Below, one piece after another: positions 33,538 to 45,502 of a DNA stretch of 64,000 nucleotides (the stretch's first letter is position 1; each line of letters begins with the position of its first letter). Source of the stretch: Felis catus (taxonomy: Eukaryota); the NCBI RefSeq assembly GCF_018350175.1, contig NC_058384.1, positions 65,720,001-65,784,000 on the forward strand, in the 5' to 3' direction. A program made the translations under genes and the position numbers. The notes below the pieces were generated by a model. It was given only the letters and a program-made list of their open reading frames with translations. It did not search any database and was not told the origin of the DNA.

Positions 33538-36164
33538 TCTTAACACCATCTTTTGAAGAGACTATCCTTTTCCCATTTTGAAGATACACAAAAAAGTCAA
33601 TAGGTGTATGAAAAATTGCTCAACATTACTAATCATCAGGGAAATGCAAATTAAAAGCATGATGAGATATCACCTCACACCTAAACTAAATGTCTAAAAG
33701 AATGAATTTTACCAAAAAGACAAAAGATAAGTACTGGCAAGGATGTGGAGAAAAAGGAACTCTGGTACACTGTTGGCAGGATGGTACTTGGTATAGCCAT
33801 TGCAAAAAGCAGAATAGAGGTTCCTCAAAAAATTAAAAACAGAGCAATCATATGGTCCAGCGATCCCGCTGCTGAGTATTTATCCAAAGGAATCAAACTC
33901 GGGATATCAAAGAGATACTGCACTCCCATATTAATTGCAGCACTATTCATAAGAATCAAGATATGAAAACTATCTTCCAAGATATGGAAGGATGAATGGA
34001 TAAAGCAAATAGAGCATATATGTACAATGGAATATTATTCAGCCTTAAAAAGGAAGGAAATCCTGTCATTTGCAACAACCCAGATGGGCCTAGAGGACAT
34101 TATGGTAAGTGAAATCAACCAGTCACGGAAGGACAAATGCCGTATAATTTCCTTATAAGGGAGCCTAATGTAGTCAAACTCATAGAAGAGAGTAGAGAGC
34201 AAACGGATGGTAGCCAGGGGCTAGGGGGAGGAGGAGAAGTGGAGATGTTGCCCAAAGGGTACAGAAGTTCAGTGATGCAAGATGAGTTCTGGACGTCTAC
34301 CATGCCACACAGTGCCACAACTCACAATACTATATTGATAGTTAAAGCTGGCTAAGAGGTTAGACCTTATGTTAGCTGTTTTTACCACAAAATGATGATG
34401 ACGACAACGACGACGATAATAATAGTGACAGGAGGAAATTCGGGAGCTGAAGGTCTACCGCCTTGGTGGTGGTGATGGTTTCACGGGTGGGTACTTACCC
34501 CCAAACTCATTGAGGTGTCCACATTAAATATATACAGCTTTTCACATGACAATAATACGTTGATAAAGTAGTTTCTTCAAAGTCATGGAAGTGAACAGTA
34601 GGCATCGATAACCAAAAAAGTTCAGCATTCAAATTCAGAGATACTGAATTCCACTTTTCTTACTTCCTACTTCTTCCTGGGCATTATTTCTTGTTCCCAG
34701 CTATTTCTTGCCCTCCCTGTTGTCCTCCGTATCCTTATTTCCTCATCTACCAGATACTCGATGGGTCCTGCTCTGTGCCGTGTCATTGTTTGGGGTTTCC
34801 AACATCCATCCACACGTGGTTGGAAAGTGAGGCTGAACTCACCCTCATTCCCAGCATGGCCACAAGGCTGCGGGAAACCAGAGATTTGGGAGATCAGAAA
34901 ATACTTCTAGGTATTTTTCTGTCAACGGAGAAGTCGTTGTGTCATTGGGGTGGCACTTTCTGTGACCATCGATTCACCCAACACTCAGCACATATTGCTT
35001 CAATATCCCCTACGTACAACAGTGCGCTATATCAGTTTCTGGGTTATGCAGGAGAGAGGCAGGAAATAGGAACGTGGTTGGAGGGGCGAAACGCATCTCC
35101 TCTCAGCTCACTCCCACCGGGGCCTTCACTATAAAAAGCAACATTGCTCAATCCACCCTCTCAGCCTGACAGGAAAAGGCTTCCCTAATTTTAAGTACAA
35201 AAGCACATTTTAGGCAAAACAAACATGTTTTATAATGTACCTATCATCATGGATTCTCTGCATAAATTTCCCCTTTGCCCTTTCAGTAATGTGTAAAATG
35301 GAGAAATCAACTTAAAATTAGCCAAATTTTCTAAAATTGCTGCGTGCTGCATCTGTGAGTGGCCGGGAGCCTCCTGTTCCCCAAGCCCTAATGCCTGGCC
35401 CCAATTTTGAGCAATTTGGCATTTAGTGACTTGCCTCTATTTTCCACAATCAACTCATCCGTTAATTGAACCCAGTGCAACGTCGCCATGACAACGACTC
35501 TGGCGTCGGGAGACCCAGTGAAGAGCAACCCGCTGCCAATAAATACAATGAAAGTGCCAACTCTTCAGTGGCCACCGTTCGATGTGGGCTGTGGACTTTG
35601 GCCAAGTGGCGCAAATGGCGGGAGGAAACTGGTTACATTTGGTCGGGGTCTAAGTCCCCAGACCATCTTCCCATCCCTGCCCCTGAGTAGAGATCAGTAG
35701 CCTCGGCCCCATTTTGACCTTTCCTCTTTCTCCACTTCACTTGGGTTCTGTCGCTGGCAGGCTCTGTGCCTCTCTTCCTCTGAGGAAGAGGGAAGGCAGA
35801 CGGGAGCCCATCAACGAATAACAGACATCCTCTTGGACAGAACACCCATCACGCTGAGAAACCGGACAATGGACAGCAAGTGAGAGTAAGTGGGACCCAT
35901 GGTTTTACATCTCAGGTAAGACACAGAGAAGGGCGGTGGGCCCACGCTGGTGCAGTGCCAATGGAAACAGACACTGTCGCAAGGAAGGATGTGAACTCCA
36001 AATAATGTTAACCAGGATGATTCAGGCCTTAAAATGAATTTCTGTAAAGCTATGCATGTCCATTTTATAGATATTCTAAATCGACTGACTCACTGGTGTT
36101 TCTTAGATTTACACAGACACTGCCTCGGTGCTGATTTAATTCAGTAGGGCCCTCAACAATATTT

Positions 36165-36465
36165 TAATCACACAATCTCTGTTCTTTACAGCAGGAACAC
36201 TTAACAGGAGATCTACCCTCTTCATAAATGTTAAGCACAGAATACCATAGTGTTAAGTACATGCACGACACTGTACAGGAGATCTCTAGAACATACTTCT
36301 CTTGTATGGCTGAAATCCATACCTATTGAACAACCACTCCCCACTTCTCCTCCCCCAGGCTCTGGGAATCTCCATTCTGCTCTGTTTCCAGGAGTTTGAC
36401 TCTTCAGCTCCCTCCTGAGAGTAGACTTTTCTCTGTTGTGACTGGCTTACTTCACGTGGCATAAT
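36165..36465 (-). mobile_element. L1MA-like 3' end
   Basis: acacttaacaggagatctaccctctt...gactggcttacttcacgtggcataat; runs into a gap. Confidence 0.75.
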
Positions 36466-36600
36466 NNNNNNNNNNNNNNNNNNNNNNNNNNNNNNNNNNN
36501 NNNNNNNNNNNNNNNNNNNNNNNNNNNNNNNNNNNNNNNNNNNNNNNNNNNNNNNNNNNNNNNNNNNNNNNNNNNNNNNNNNNNNNNNNNNNNNNNNNNN
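36466..36600. other. Assembly gap
   Basis: 135 N. Confidence 1.
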
Positions 36601-37025
36601 CAACCTTTTTCAGAAATGGTTGTATAAAGTGGGGTCTAGGTACAGGTTCTAGAACTTAGTAAGTGCCTTGCAAACAATGATGGTTGACAGAGATGAAGAC
36701 ACAGAAACCCCCAGAAATACAAAGTCAGAGCCAGTCAGAAACACGGACTACAGCACAAGCTCCCGGAGACCAGGTGGGTCAGTAACAGAACACGGAACTA
36801 ACTCCTATACACACAGATACACAAAGAGCAAGTTAGTACCTACATAATAAGCATGTTGAGGAGGCTTTGTAACACTGTGAGAATCACATTCTGAAAGGCA
36901 GAAGACCTCTCTTCTGCTGCTAACACAGCCACTCAGGTGCCTTCTGGTCTTGGGGACTTCGCAGCATTCTCTGAAGCTCGATTCCTTCATCTCTCAGATG
37001 AGACGGCTGGTAGGGGGCTTCAAGA

Positions 37026-37035
37026 TCCCCAGGGA
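37026..37035. promoter_or_regulatory. Perfect O/E (EBF) consensus site
   Basis: TCCCCAGGGA = TCCCNNGGGA, 4.7 kb upstream of OR10K2. Confidence 0.3.
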
Positions 37036-37514
37036 CTATGACATTTATGACTCTGACTTCCTGCAGATGCTCCTGGGTAAGAGACAGGGTTAATGCAGCA
37101 TATCTTTCCCTCTCCCATGAAGGGAAACCACCTTTACCCTATTAAATCTTTTCTGATGCCGGCGGAGTGGGCCAGGCAGTTATCAAAGTCACGGTCTCAA
37201 AACCATCTGCCCCATTTTGATTCTAAATGATAATTACAGAATAAATATCTGCATAATACTTAGCCACTGCAACAGTATTTTCTCGCTCAGTTTGGAGAAA
37301 CCTTGAAAGGTAAGTTGGCTGATTGTCAGAGTGAACCCCATACAAAGATGAGTAAATTGATTCAGACACATCAAAGTCTCAAAGCTAATATGTGGTGGGG
37401 TCAGGACTAGAGCCCACAGCAAAAGGGTAACAGAAATCCTGCCTTTAAGTACCTTCATATGGAAGGAGGGTGACAGAATACTGCTCTGCTGTTCTCACCA
37501 GCCCATGTGCGGGT

Positions 37515-37515
<1 letters not shown>

Positions 37516-37542
<27 letters not shown>
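37516..37542. repeat. (CA)n microsatellite
   Basis: Direct reading. Confidence 0.95.
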
Positions 37543-37546
<4 letters not shown>

Positions 37547-38373
37547 AATACCCCTACGCCAATCAGCAGATCTATAGCCTAGTGTTAGTTCTACTGGCTG
37601 TGTGAACTTGAGAGGTTTCCTCAAACTCTTTGCTTATCATTTATAATGGAGATGTTAAAAGTAATATCTACTCATGGGTTCCTTATGAATACCAAATGGG
37701 ACTGTGTATATTTATATTATATATAAAACACTATTTGCACTCAAGAAGATGGAGAACATGCAAATGTGAGTTCGTATTATATCGCTAAAAGATGGCTCTG
37801 AATTTTAGTTGATAAACTATTACCCAAATTATGTTCTATTTTTTTCTGCCTGGAAATGTGAGAAGGAATACTGTTGACTAATGATTGGGATGACGGTCCG
37901 CCAAGGAACTAACTGAAGTAGACTTTGGGTGGGCTTCATTTGCGACCCCATGGTGAAATTCATGGTACAGAAACAGAAGAAAGGCAGTGTGTCTCACTTC
38001 ACAGACCTGGATACACACATGCATTTCCTTTGGAAACAGGAAGTCTGCATCTGTTTATACAACAGAATGGCACACGTTTGTTCAAAAATTCTAAAGGGCC
38101 AGTCAACATTAAGGGAAACATTCAGCTCAATCACAGTGTCTACATGAGTAATTCCAGTAATGCCCATATTTTTATCAAAATGCTTACAGGTGATATTCAA
38201 ATACAGTGTGTTCTTCAAAGCCTTCCAGAAATTGTTTGTTTTTTCCTCAGTATTTTCAGGACATTTTGCTCGTACGTCTTTCATAATGTTTATGATGATC
38301 TGTCTTGTAATATGCCTGCTGTGTGATTCTCTCTTCCCAGAGAAAGGAACAATGACTTCATTCATGTTTACAT

Positions 38374-38583
38374 TAAAAAAAATTTTTTTTAATGTTTATT
38401 TATTTTTGAGAGAGAGTGAGCAGGAGAGGGGCAGAGAGAGATGGAGATACAGAGTCAGAAACAGGCTCCAGGCTCTGAGCTGTCAGCACAGAGCCCGGCA
38501 CTGGGCTCAAACTCGCGAACCATGAGATCATGACCTGAGCTGAAGTCGGACGCTTAACTGACTGAGCCACCCAGGTGCGCCCC
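38374..38583 (-). mobile_element. Can-SINE
   Basis: TSD cattcatgtttacat. Confidence 0.95.
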
Positions 38584-41500
38584 ACATTCATGTTTACATC
38601 TGCAGTGCTTAGGACATAATAGAAATCATGACATCATAAAACATGAGAATTATGGAACAATGTATTCCAGTCTTTAGGAGCTCAATAAATAGTTGAGTTT
38701 AATACCTAGATACACAGTTATTTAAAAATGTGTATAAGATGTGCATTATTGATAATTATAAAACATCCATAAGGAGAAATTCCTGAGTTTATATTCATAT
38801 GTGACAAAGATTAACTACAATTTATCTTCTAATCTGGTCTCATACTGCCCCCCAACAAAATAGAAAATTTAGGAAACCTCTTTTGCTTTCTACTAGGCGT
38901 AAATAAACCGCATGGATGACTCTGGCTACAGAGCACCCAGACACCGAAGGGCTGGCATCGTCCTTCAAGGTCTAGCCCTGGCTTCCTCCAGCACAGGGCA
39001 GGACTGCGTAGAAAACCAGATTACCTTCGGTCAGGCTTGGGGAGCCTCAGGGGAATGATAATCCCTCTTTAATCGTCCCTCCCTTGGAAAGTATAGAAAA
39101 GGCAATGTCGCCAACTTGCCATGAGTTAAATGCTCATGATCTCACTGACAAAAAGATTTCTGGTCCCAACCTCCATCAAACAACCCTAAAGTAATGAAAG
39201 GGAAGTATTTGTTGAGCATTCCTATCTACTAAATTAGACTCCTTCATACACATAATTTCAATGAATGTTCACTGCAGCCCTGGGAGGCAGGAATTGCTTT
39301 TCTCACCGTACATGTGAGAAAATGAGACTTAGAGAATTTAAGATCTTGCCACTAGAATATGCCAGAGTCAGGATTAAAGTCCACAGCTGTTTAAGTTCCA
39401 AACACACTTTATTCCTACATTACTCAACTTTACATGTGCTTATAAGAGATCATACCCATGGAAATTCATTAGTAGCCCTGAGACTCGGGGATCCTGCAAT
39501 TAGATAAGAGTATATTAGTAATAAATAAACCTTCTAATCAATAAGAACCCTTGTGTCAGGCATCAAACAAAGAACCAGGGGAATACCGTAGAGGAAGAGA
39601 AGGTCTGATGCGGGGGAGGGGGGGAAGGGTTACTATGGAAACAGGAAACTTCAGGGGCAGGTTGGAAAACTGTGCTTCCTCGAACTATTTGTACATCTGG
39701 ACGAAAATGATAGAAACTCATGATACTTCTCCAAGAATGCTGTAGTTCAACATTTCTGTTACAGATATAAAGAAACCCAGAAATAAGCACAAAAAATATT
39801 CTTTCCAAGGATGTACAAAAGATTTGTCCCCTCGGTGCTTTCAGTCACAGGGGCATATCTGTCATTTCAATCACTACATCATTTTATAATCTCTTCTTCT
39901 GCAAACGCCTCACCCTGAACCATGAGGTCTTGGACTGAATCTCATTCATATGTGTGTCCCTAACATACAGCATCTGGTCATAATCACATTGCTTAACACT
40001 TGTTGTATAGCACCTGAAATTCTTGATTTGGGAGTTCTTGGGTAAGGTAGGGTACACTGCCATTAATCTTTATCATTAGTATTAGCTAAGATAATAATTT
40101 TGAACGATATGCTTCTTTAAGTGGGATAAACACAAGTCTACCTTATAATTCCCCTCCCATTTATTTACATTCCAGTATGCTCTAGAGAGTAACAAATGTC
40201 CAAGGGATTGGGAATACATAGAATTCTAATGATGCTCTCTTCAGTACTATATTCCTATTGTAAACTGAGATTTCTCTTTTTGGCTTGAAAGATAAAACTT
40301 AGCTCCTGTAACACAGAAATCCTTAGGCATTATTGGTCTTGTACAATCCTCATGCCCAGGGTGAAAGAATGGTGAGGATTCTTACTCTGCAAGTTCTAGG
40401 AAGGAAGGCTTTCTGACATCATGAGGTAAGTAACAACATGTCAAGTGAACTTTTTAATTTGTATGACTAGGAATTATTGAGAAGCTGTTAGGTACCTAAT
40501 ACGGTTCTAGATACTGAGGAGAATTCAGGTGAAAATACATACAATTTACATCATCCCCTCAAGGGTACAAAATCCAATGGAAAAGAGAGATGAGAAAAAT
40601 GCAATACAATATTTCAAAAGTAAGTAAACAACAAATCAGATTGGCAATTAATGTCTTATATGAATTCTGAGACAGAAACATCTCCTTTATGGGGAGAGAT
40701 CAAGAAAGTTCGTGATTTGGCTGGGGCTTCAGAGTAATGGTAAAACATTTCTAAATTTAAAAAATGGATAACAAGTTAACGTCAGCAAGGAATAGAGGCA
40801 GAGAAGACGCAACACGTCTGTACGATAGTGAGGCATCACATACAGAACCATAGATGATCACAAAAACATTTTGGTTTCCAAAACAAGAGGTTGGAGTATA
40901 AAGCCATGAGTAAAATTTTGAGGAGGGGAGCAACATGATACCATTTATATTTCAGAAGTTGTACTGGGCATCAGGGGCAAGACGGACCGGAGAGATGTGG
41001 GGTGGGATGGGAAGGATGGGTTCAATGGGTATCTGTAGGCATTAAGAGAACTGATGGAAATGGACAAGAGTCCCTAGGAAGATGGCAGTTCTTTCTGCAG
41101 GAGGAAGGACTCTGAGGTGGGCATTGGAGGATGCAGAGGTATATTCCATCCTGGAAAACTTGTTCCAGATTGGAGAACAGAATGAAGGCTTGGAAGCAAG
41201 AGTCCGAGTAATCAGAGTACAAGAAGGTGGAGGCAATGACCACACCAGAGAGTGTGGCCAACGGGGGCGGGGAGAATGCCAGTGCAGGTCGTGGGGAGGT
41301 GGGAGCTAAACGTCGGAGTGTAAGAAGAATGCTAAGGGGAAGGTGCTGAGAGTCATAGACAAATTCACCTCTCCGTGTAGTGTGTTCAGATGATTCACTC
41401 TGCAACTGACGGTATGGGACAGGGTGGGGACAAGCAGCCGATGGCAAGGTCTGTGGGATAAACAGAGCGCGGCGTTACGAACGTGCATAACAGCCACTAC

Positions 41501-41701
41501 CTGCAAGAGAAGACGGAGGGAGAGCTGGGTCTGAGAAATGTCAAGAATGATTTGCCTATGCTGTTAGGGTGACTCTAGACACTCACCTGGTTGTCCACGT
41601 GGCTGATTTTAGGCACCTTTTTATGTCTTAAAATTAAACCGCATGGAGGGGGAATCATGAATTTAGAGCACGGATCTTAACACCTGCTCTATCGTGGCCA
41701 A

Positions 41702-41727
41702 TTTCTTGTGATTCTACTTGTTTTCAG
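41702..41727 (+). other. Candidate splice acceptor of the OR10K2 coding exon
   Basis: ttctacttgttttcAG, 59 nt before the ATG. Confidence 0.55.
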
Positions 41728-41786
41728 AAGTCTCTCTTGACACTATCTCTGCCTCTCTTGGATTGTCTCTGAATGATGTACCTTCC

Positions 41787-42731
41787 ATGGAGTGGGGCAA
41801 CGGGACCCTGGTGACAGAGTTCGTCTTCCTCGGCTTCTCTTCTCTGGCCGGGCTGCAGCGGCTGCTCTTTGTTGCCTTCCTGCCCCTCTACCTGTTCACT
41901 CTGGGCACCAATGCCATCATCGTTTCCACCATCGTGCTAGACAGAGCCCTTCACACCCCCATGTACTTCTTCCTCGCCGTCCTCTCCTGCTCTGAGACCT
42001 GCTACACCTTCGTCATCGTACCCAAGATGCTGGTTGACCTCCTGGCCCAGAAGAAGACCATCTCCTTCCTGGGCTGTGCCATCCAGATGTTCACCTTCCT
42101 CTTCCTTGGCTGCTCTCACTCCTTCCTGCTGGCGGCCATGGGGTATGACCGCTACGTGGCCATCTGTAACCCTCTGCGCTACACGGTGCTCATGGGACAC
42201 AGGGTGTGTGTGGGACTCGTGGCTGCTGCCTGTGCCTGTGGCTTTACTATTGCACAGATTATCACCTCCGTGGTATTCCACCTGCCCTTCTGCGCCTCCA
42301 ACCAGCTCCATCATTTCTTCTGTGACATCGCCCCTGTCCTCACGGTGGCATCTCATCATACCTACCTGAGTCAGATTGTCATCGTCATGCTCTGTGCACT
42401 GGTCCTGGTTATCCCCCTGTCACTGATTTTGGTGTCCTATATTCACATCATCTCTGCCATACTCCAGTTTCCTTCCACATTGGGCAGGTACAAAGCCTTC
42501 TCCACCTGTGCGTCCCACCTCATTGTTGTCACCATCCATTATGGCTGTGCCTCCTTTATCTACTTACGGCTCAAGTCCAACTACTCCTCAAGCCGAGATG
42601 CTCTCATATCAGTCTCCTACACCATCCTGACTCCCTTGTTCAATCCACTGATTTACAGCTTGAGAAATAAGGAGTTCAAGTCAGCTCTTCGTAGAGCTGC
42701 GGGAAAAACCATTTCCCTGCCACGATGTTAA
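41787..42731 (+). CDS. OR10K2: Olfactory receptor 10K2, intact, 314 aa
   Basis: ATG at 41787 (the track ORF starts at an upstream TTG). All OR motifs present; SQIVIVMLCALVL, SAILQFPSTLGR and DALISVSY match recalled human OR10K2. Confidence 0.93.
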   Translation: MEWGNGTLVTEFVFLGFSSLAGLQRLLFVAFLPLYLFTLGTNAIIVSTIVLDRALHTPMYFFLAVLSCSETCYTFVIVPKMLVDLLAQKKTISFLGCAIQMFTFLFLGCSHSFLLAAMGYDRYVAICNPLRYTVLMGHRVCVGLVAAACACGFTIAQIITSVVFHLPFCASNQLHHFFCDIAPVLTVASHHTYLSQIVIVMLCALVLVIPLSLILVSYIHIISAILQFPSTLGRYKAFSTCASHLIVVTIHYGCASFIYLRLKSNYSSSRDALISVSYTILTPLFNPLIYSLRNKEFKSALRRAAGKTISLPRC

Positions 42732-44691
42732 CCGAGCTCCTGCTCTTCCCAAGCCATTAAAGCACAGGGCATACCAGGAAAAATTCCCAGAGCAGAAATG
42801 ATTGAGCAAGTGAGCACAGTTTTCAAGAGCAGAGATCATTTCCTTCATTTCCAAGTATAAAATTCAGAAAAACACATCTTCTTGCTGTGATCACATTAAA
42901 TGTTGCTCACTGAAGTTTTTTCAGCTGAGGGAAAAATAATAGACGGCGATTATAGGAAAACTTGGGTGTGTCCAGAACTCTAGGCTATGGCAAATACTAT
43001 CATTCAGTCTCAGCCAGATGAGAAGCCGACCCTGAAAAATACTGCGCAGCCCTGGTTCTCTGTTTCAGGGACCCAGGAAGTTCCTGTTTCCATATTTCTC
43101 CCTTTCTGGGTAGTTCCTGAATTTCGGTTTTTCAATATCGGCAGACCACAATGTTTCCATGAGGTAATGTTTGTGCAGTGAGCGGGACCATGTTCAGCGC
43201 CTAAGATGCATCCAACTAAAGTTCAAGCAAGAAAATTCTGCAAGAAGTGATCTGTTTCTGTGTTTCTGATGTATTATGGGAGCTGACTTTTTTCTAATTT
43301 TCTATGCACTGACACAAGCGTAAACTTGGTTAGTATCTCTTGAAGATACCGTCGGAAGCATGGGTTAAAGAGAACACCTAAAATGTCACAGCGTGGCCAA
43401 CAAAAGGAGGCTAAGCTTCAACCTTTTTCACTAACTCTTCGGCAAATAGAAATCCCTGTGTAACGAGCAAACAGTTCCTGTTCTCCCTGCAGCTCAGGAG
43501 TCTGCCTGTGCACTGGAGACCAGAACTTGCCTGGGACATTTTGGTTTTCTCTCCTTCCTGCAGGAGTGAGAGCAAACAGGGCTCTCGGCTCTGGGCAGAA
43601 AGCTGCCTTCTGGCTTTAGGTGTTGAGATGCACCTGTCAATAAAGGTCTTCTAACTGAGTTATCTGTTTCCGCATTTTTCCTTTTCCTTCCACCAGATGC
43701 TCATCCATGACCTAGCCCTGCCTGGGCTTGAAGCAGGAGGGAGGGGACCCGGATGTCTCCTTTGCAGTTCCCGGTTTGTTGCGGGATGGTGAGCTTGCCT
43801 GCAGGGCTGTTAGGTCAACTTCATTTCTTCCATTTCTTGAGGGTGGGGCCTGAAAAGCACAGAGACTAAAGCGAAGTTCATTTCTTTGGCCATCAGGTTC
43901 TCTCTCCCTTGGGTCTGTTGTGCAGCCAAGGCCCAGCCTCTCAAGTGACTCGCGAAAAGGAAATAAACTGGTAACCCCCAGGAGTCAGCCTCGTGCATTA
44001 ATTGTTCAAACCTGCAGGGTGCGCTGCTGTTTCAAGGTTGTTACTCGGTGTGCACTTGGGGCAGCCCAGAGGTCACGCGGTAGGATCTATACTTTGTAGG
44101 TAAGAAACCAGCTGTGGGAGAATTAAAACGTCTTGCCCCCTGGTGAGTAGGGCCAATGCTGAGCCCCCATCATCTGCCTCCTTTAATGGCTCGCCTTCAG
44201 TGCTCTCACGTGACCCCTGGCGAAGAAGGACCTTTTTAATTAATTAGTAGACGGCAAAATGCGTTAAGTATTCGTCTTTGGCAGCAGCAGACGACACCAT
44301 GTGGCGTAAGACGAACTCTCACCGATGGGATAAATGGCCTGCACATCACACTGTGTGGCGAATCCCCTTCCTAAAACGGAAGGGGATTTGAGTATAGGTG
44401 GGGGGTGGGGGCGTGGCATAAGAAAACCTCCCCCGCTTTCCTCTGGTCTTGTCCAAGACTCGTGGACACTGAAACTTGGAGTCAGATAGCAGAACCCTGA
44501 TAAGTGGGTAGAAAGGTCACGTGTGTTAGAATGACTCTTTTCCTGGGATAATTTGCTAGCACATTATCCCTATATAATCCTATATAATTTTTCGTCCTTA
44601 CTTTTTTTTTTATGTGAGCAGAGAATTCATTTGACCTTGGGCCTGACCTCATGGGTTAGAACTGAACATCCTGCTCTCCTTCCTCCTCTTT

Positions 44692-44945
44692 CACACATAT
44701 ACTCACATGTGTACTCACACACACGCACACACACACACACATGCACACACGCACACAGATGCCTGTGTGCACACTCACGTGCACACATATATACACGTGC
44801 ACACGTGGTATATAAACACATGCGCACGTGTGTCCACTCTCACACACCCATGCACACACAGATAGATGCATGTACACACGTGCACACACTCATACACATG
44901 CACATATGCACACACGGATGTATACGCGCGCGCACACACTCACAG
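44692..44945. repeat. Degenerate (CA)n / alternating purine-pyrimidine tract
   Basis: About 250 bp of cacaca/tgca/cgcg. Confidence 0.9.
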
Positions 44946-45288
44946 ACGCTCTTGGTTAATTGCAGCTCTTCTCTGTAGTCCTGTGTAACTTGCAGGAAAG
45001 TGGTAAGATCTTCAGATCTGGGGTTGGCCTTAGTGAGAAACAAAGCTCCTTAGGCCTTCAGATTAAGCTGTTATTCGAGCTGAGCGCATAAATTCAGCCA
45101 GTAATAATAAATTCATGGGGCGTTTTTTCCTATTCAGGATTGTTATCCATGAATACATCATGGAGAAGGCTAAACCAAGGCAGAATTAGGGATCAGGGAA
45201 TTTCTGTGACCTTGGCGGTAAGACAATATATAGCAATACGATTGGATTTGTGGCCTCTCGGCTGGCCTCGCGTATTAAGACTGATTTT

Positions 45289-45502
45289 CTTTTTTAATTT
45301 TTCTGTTTTTTAAATTTTTGAGAGAGAAAAGGCGCAAGTGAGCGAGGGAGCAGAGAGAAGAGGAGAGAGAGACAACCCCACGAGGGGCAGAGAGGGAGGG
45401 AGAGAGAAGCGGCCTCACCCTAGCGGGACTCGAGCTCACAAACTGTGAGATCATGACCTGAGCCAGTCCAATGCTTAACTGATTGAGCCACCCAGGTGCC
45501 CC
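45289..45502 (-). mobile_element. Can-SINE
   Basis: TSD aagactgatttt. Confidence 0.92.

Larger units (their letters stand above)
32687..34575 (+). mobile_element. 5'-inverted L1 (L1MB-like)
   Basis: Antisense ORF2 segment 32687-33579 (containing two SINEs), then sense ORF2 end and 3'UTR from 33580. Confidence 0.82.

Noticed and set aside
41718-41786. 23-aa N-terminal extension of OR10K2 (and 3-aa extension of OR10K1)
   Set aside because: The track starts at TTG/GTG codons at or upstream of splice acceptors; homology and Kozak context support the ATGs at 41787 and 10354.
44553-45043. His/Thr- and Cys/Val-rich ORFs
   Set aside because: Translation of a (CA)n-like tract.
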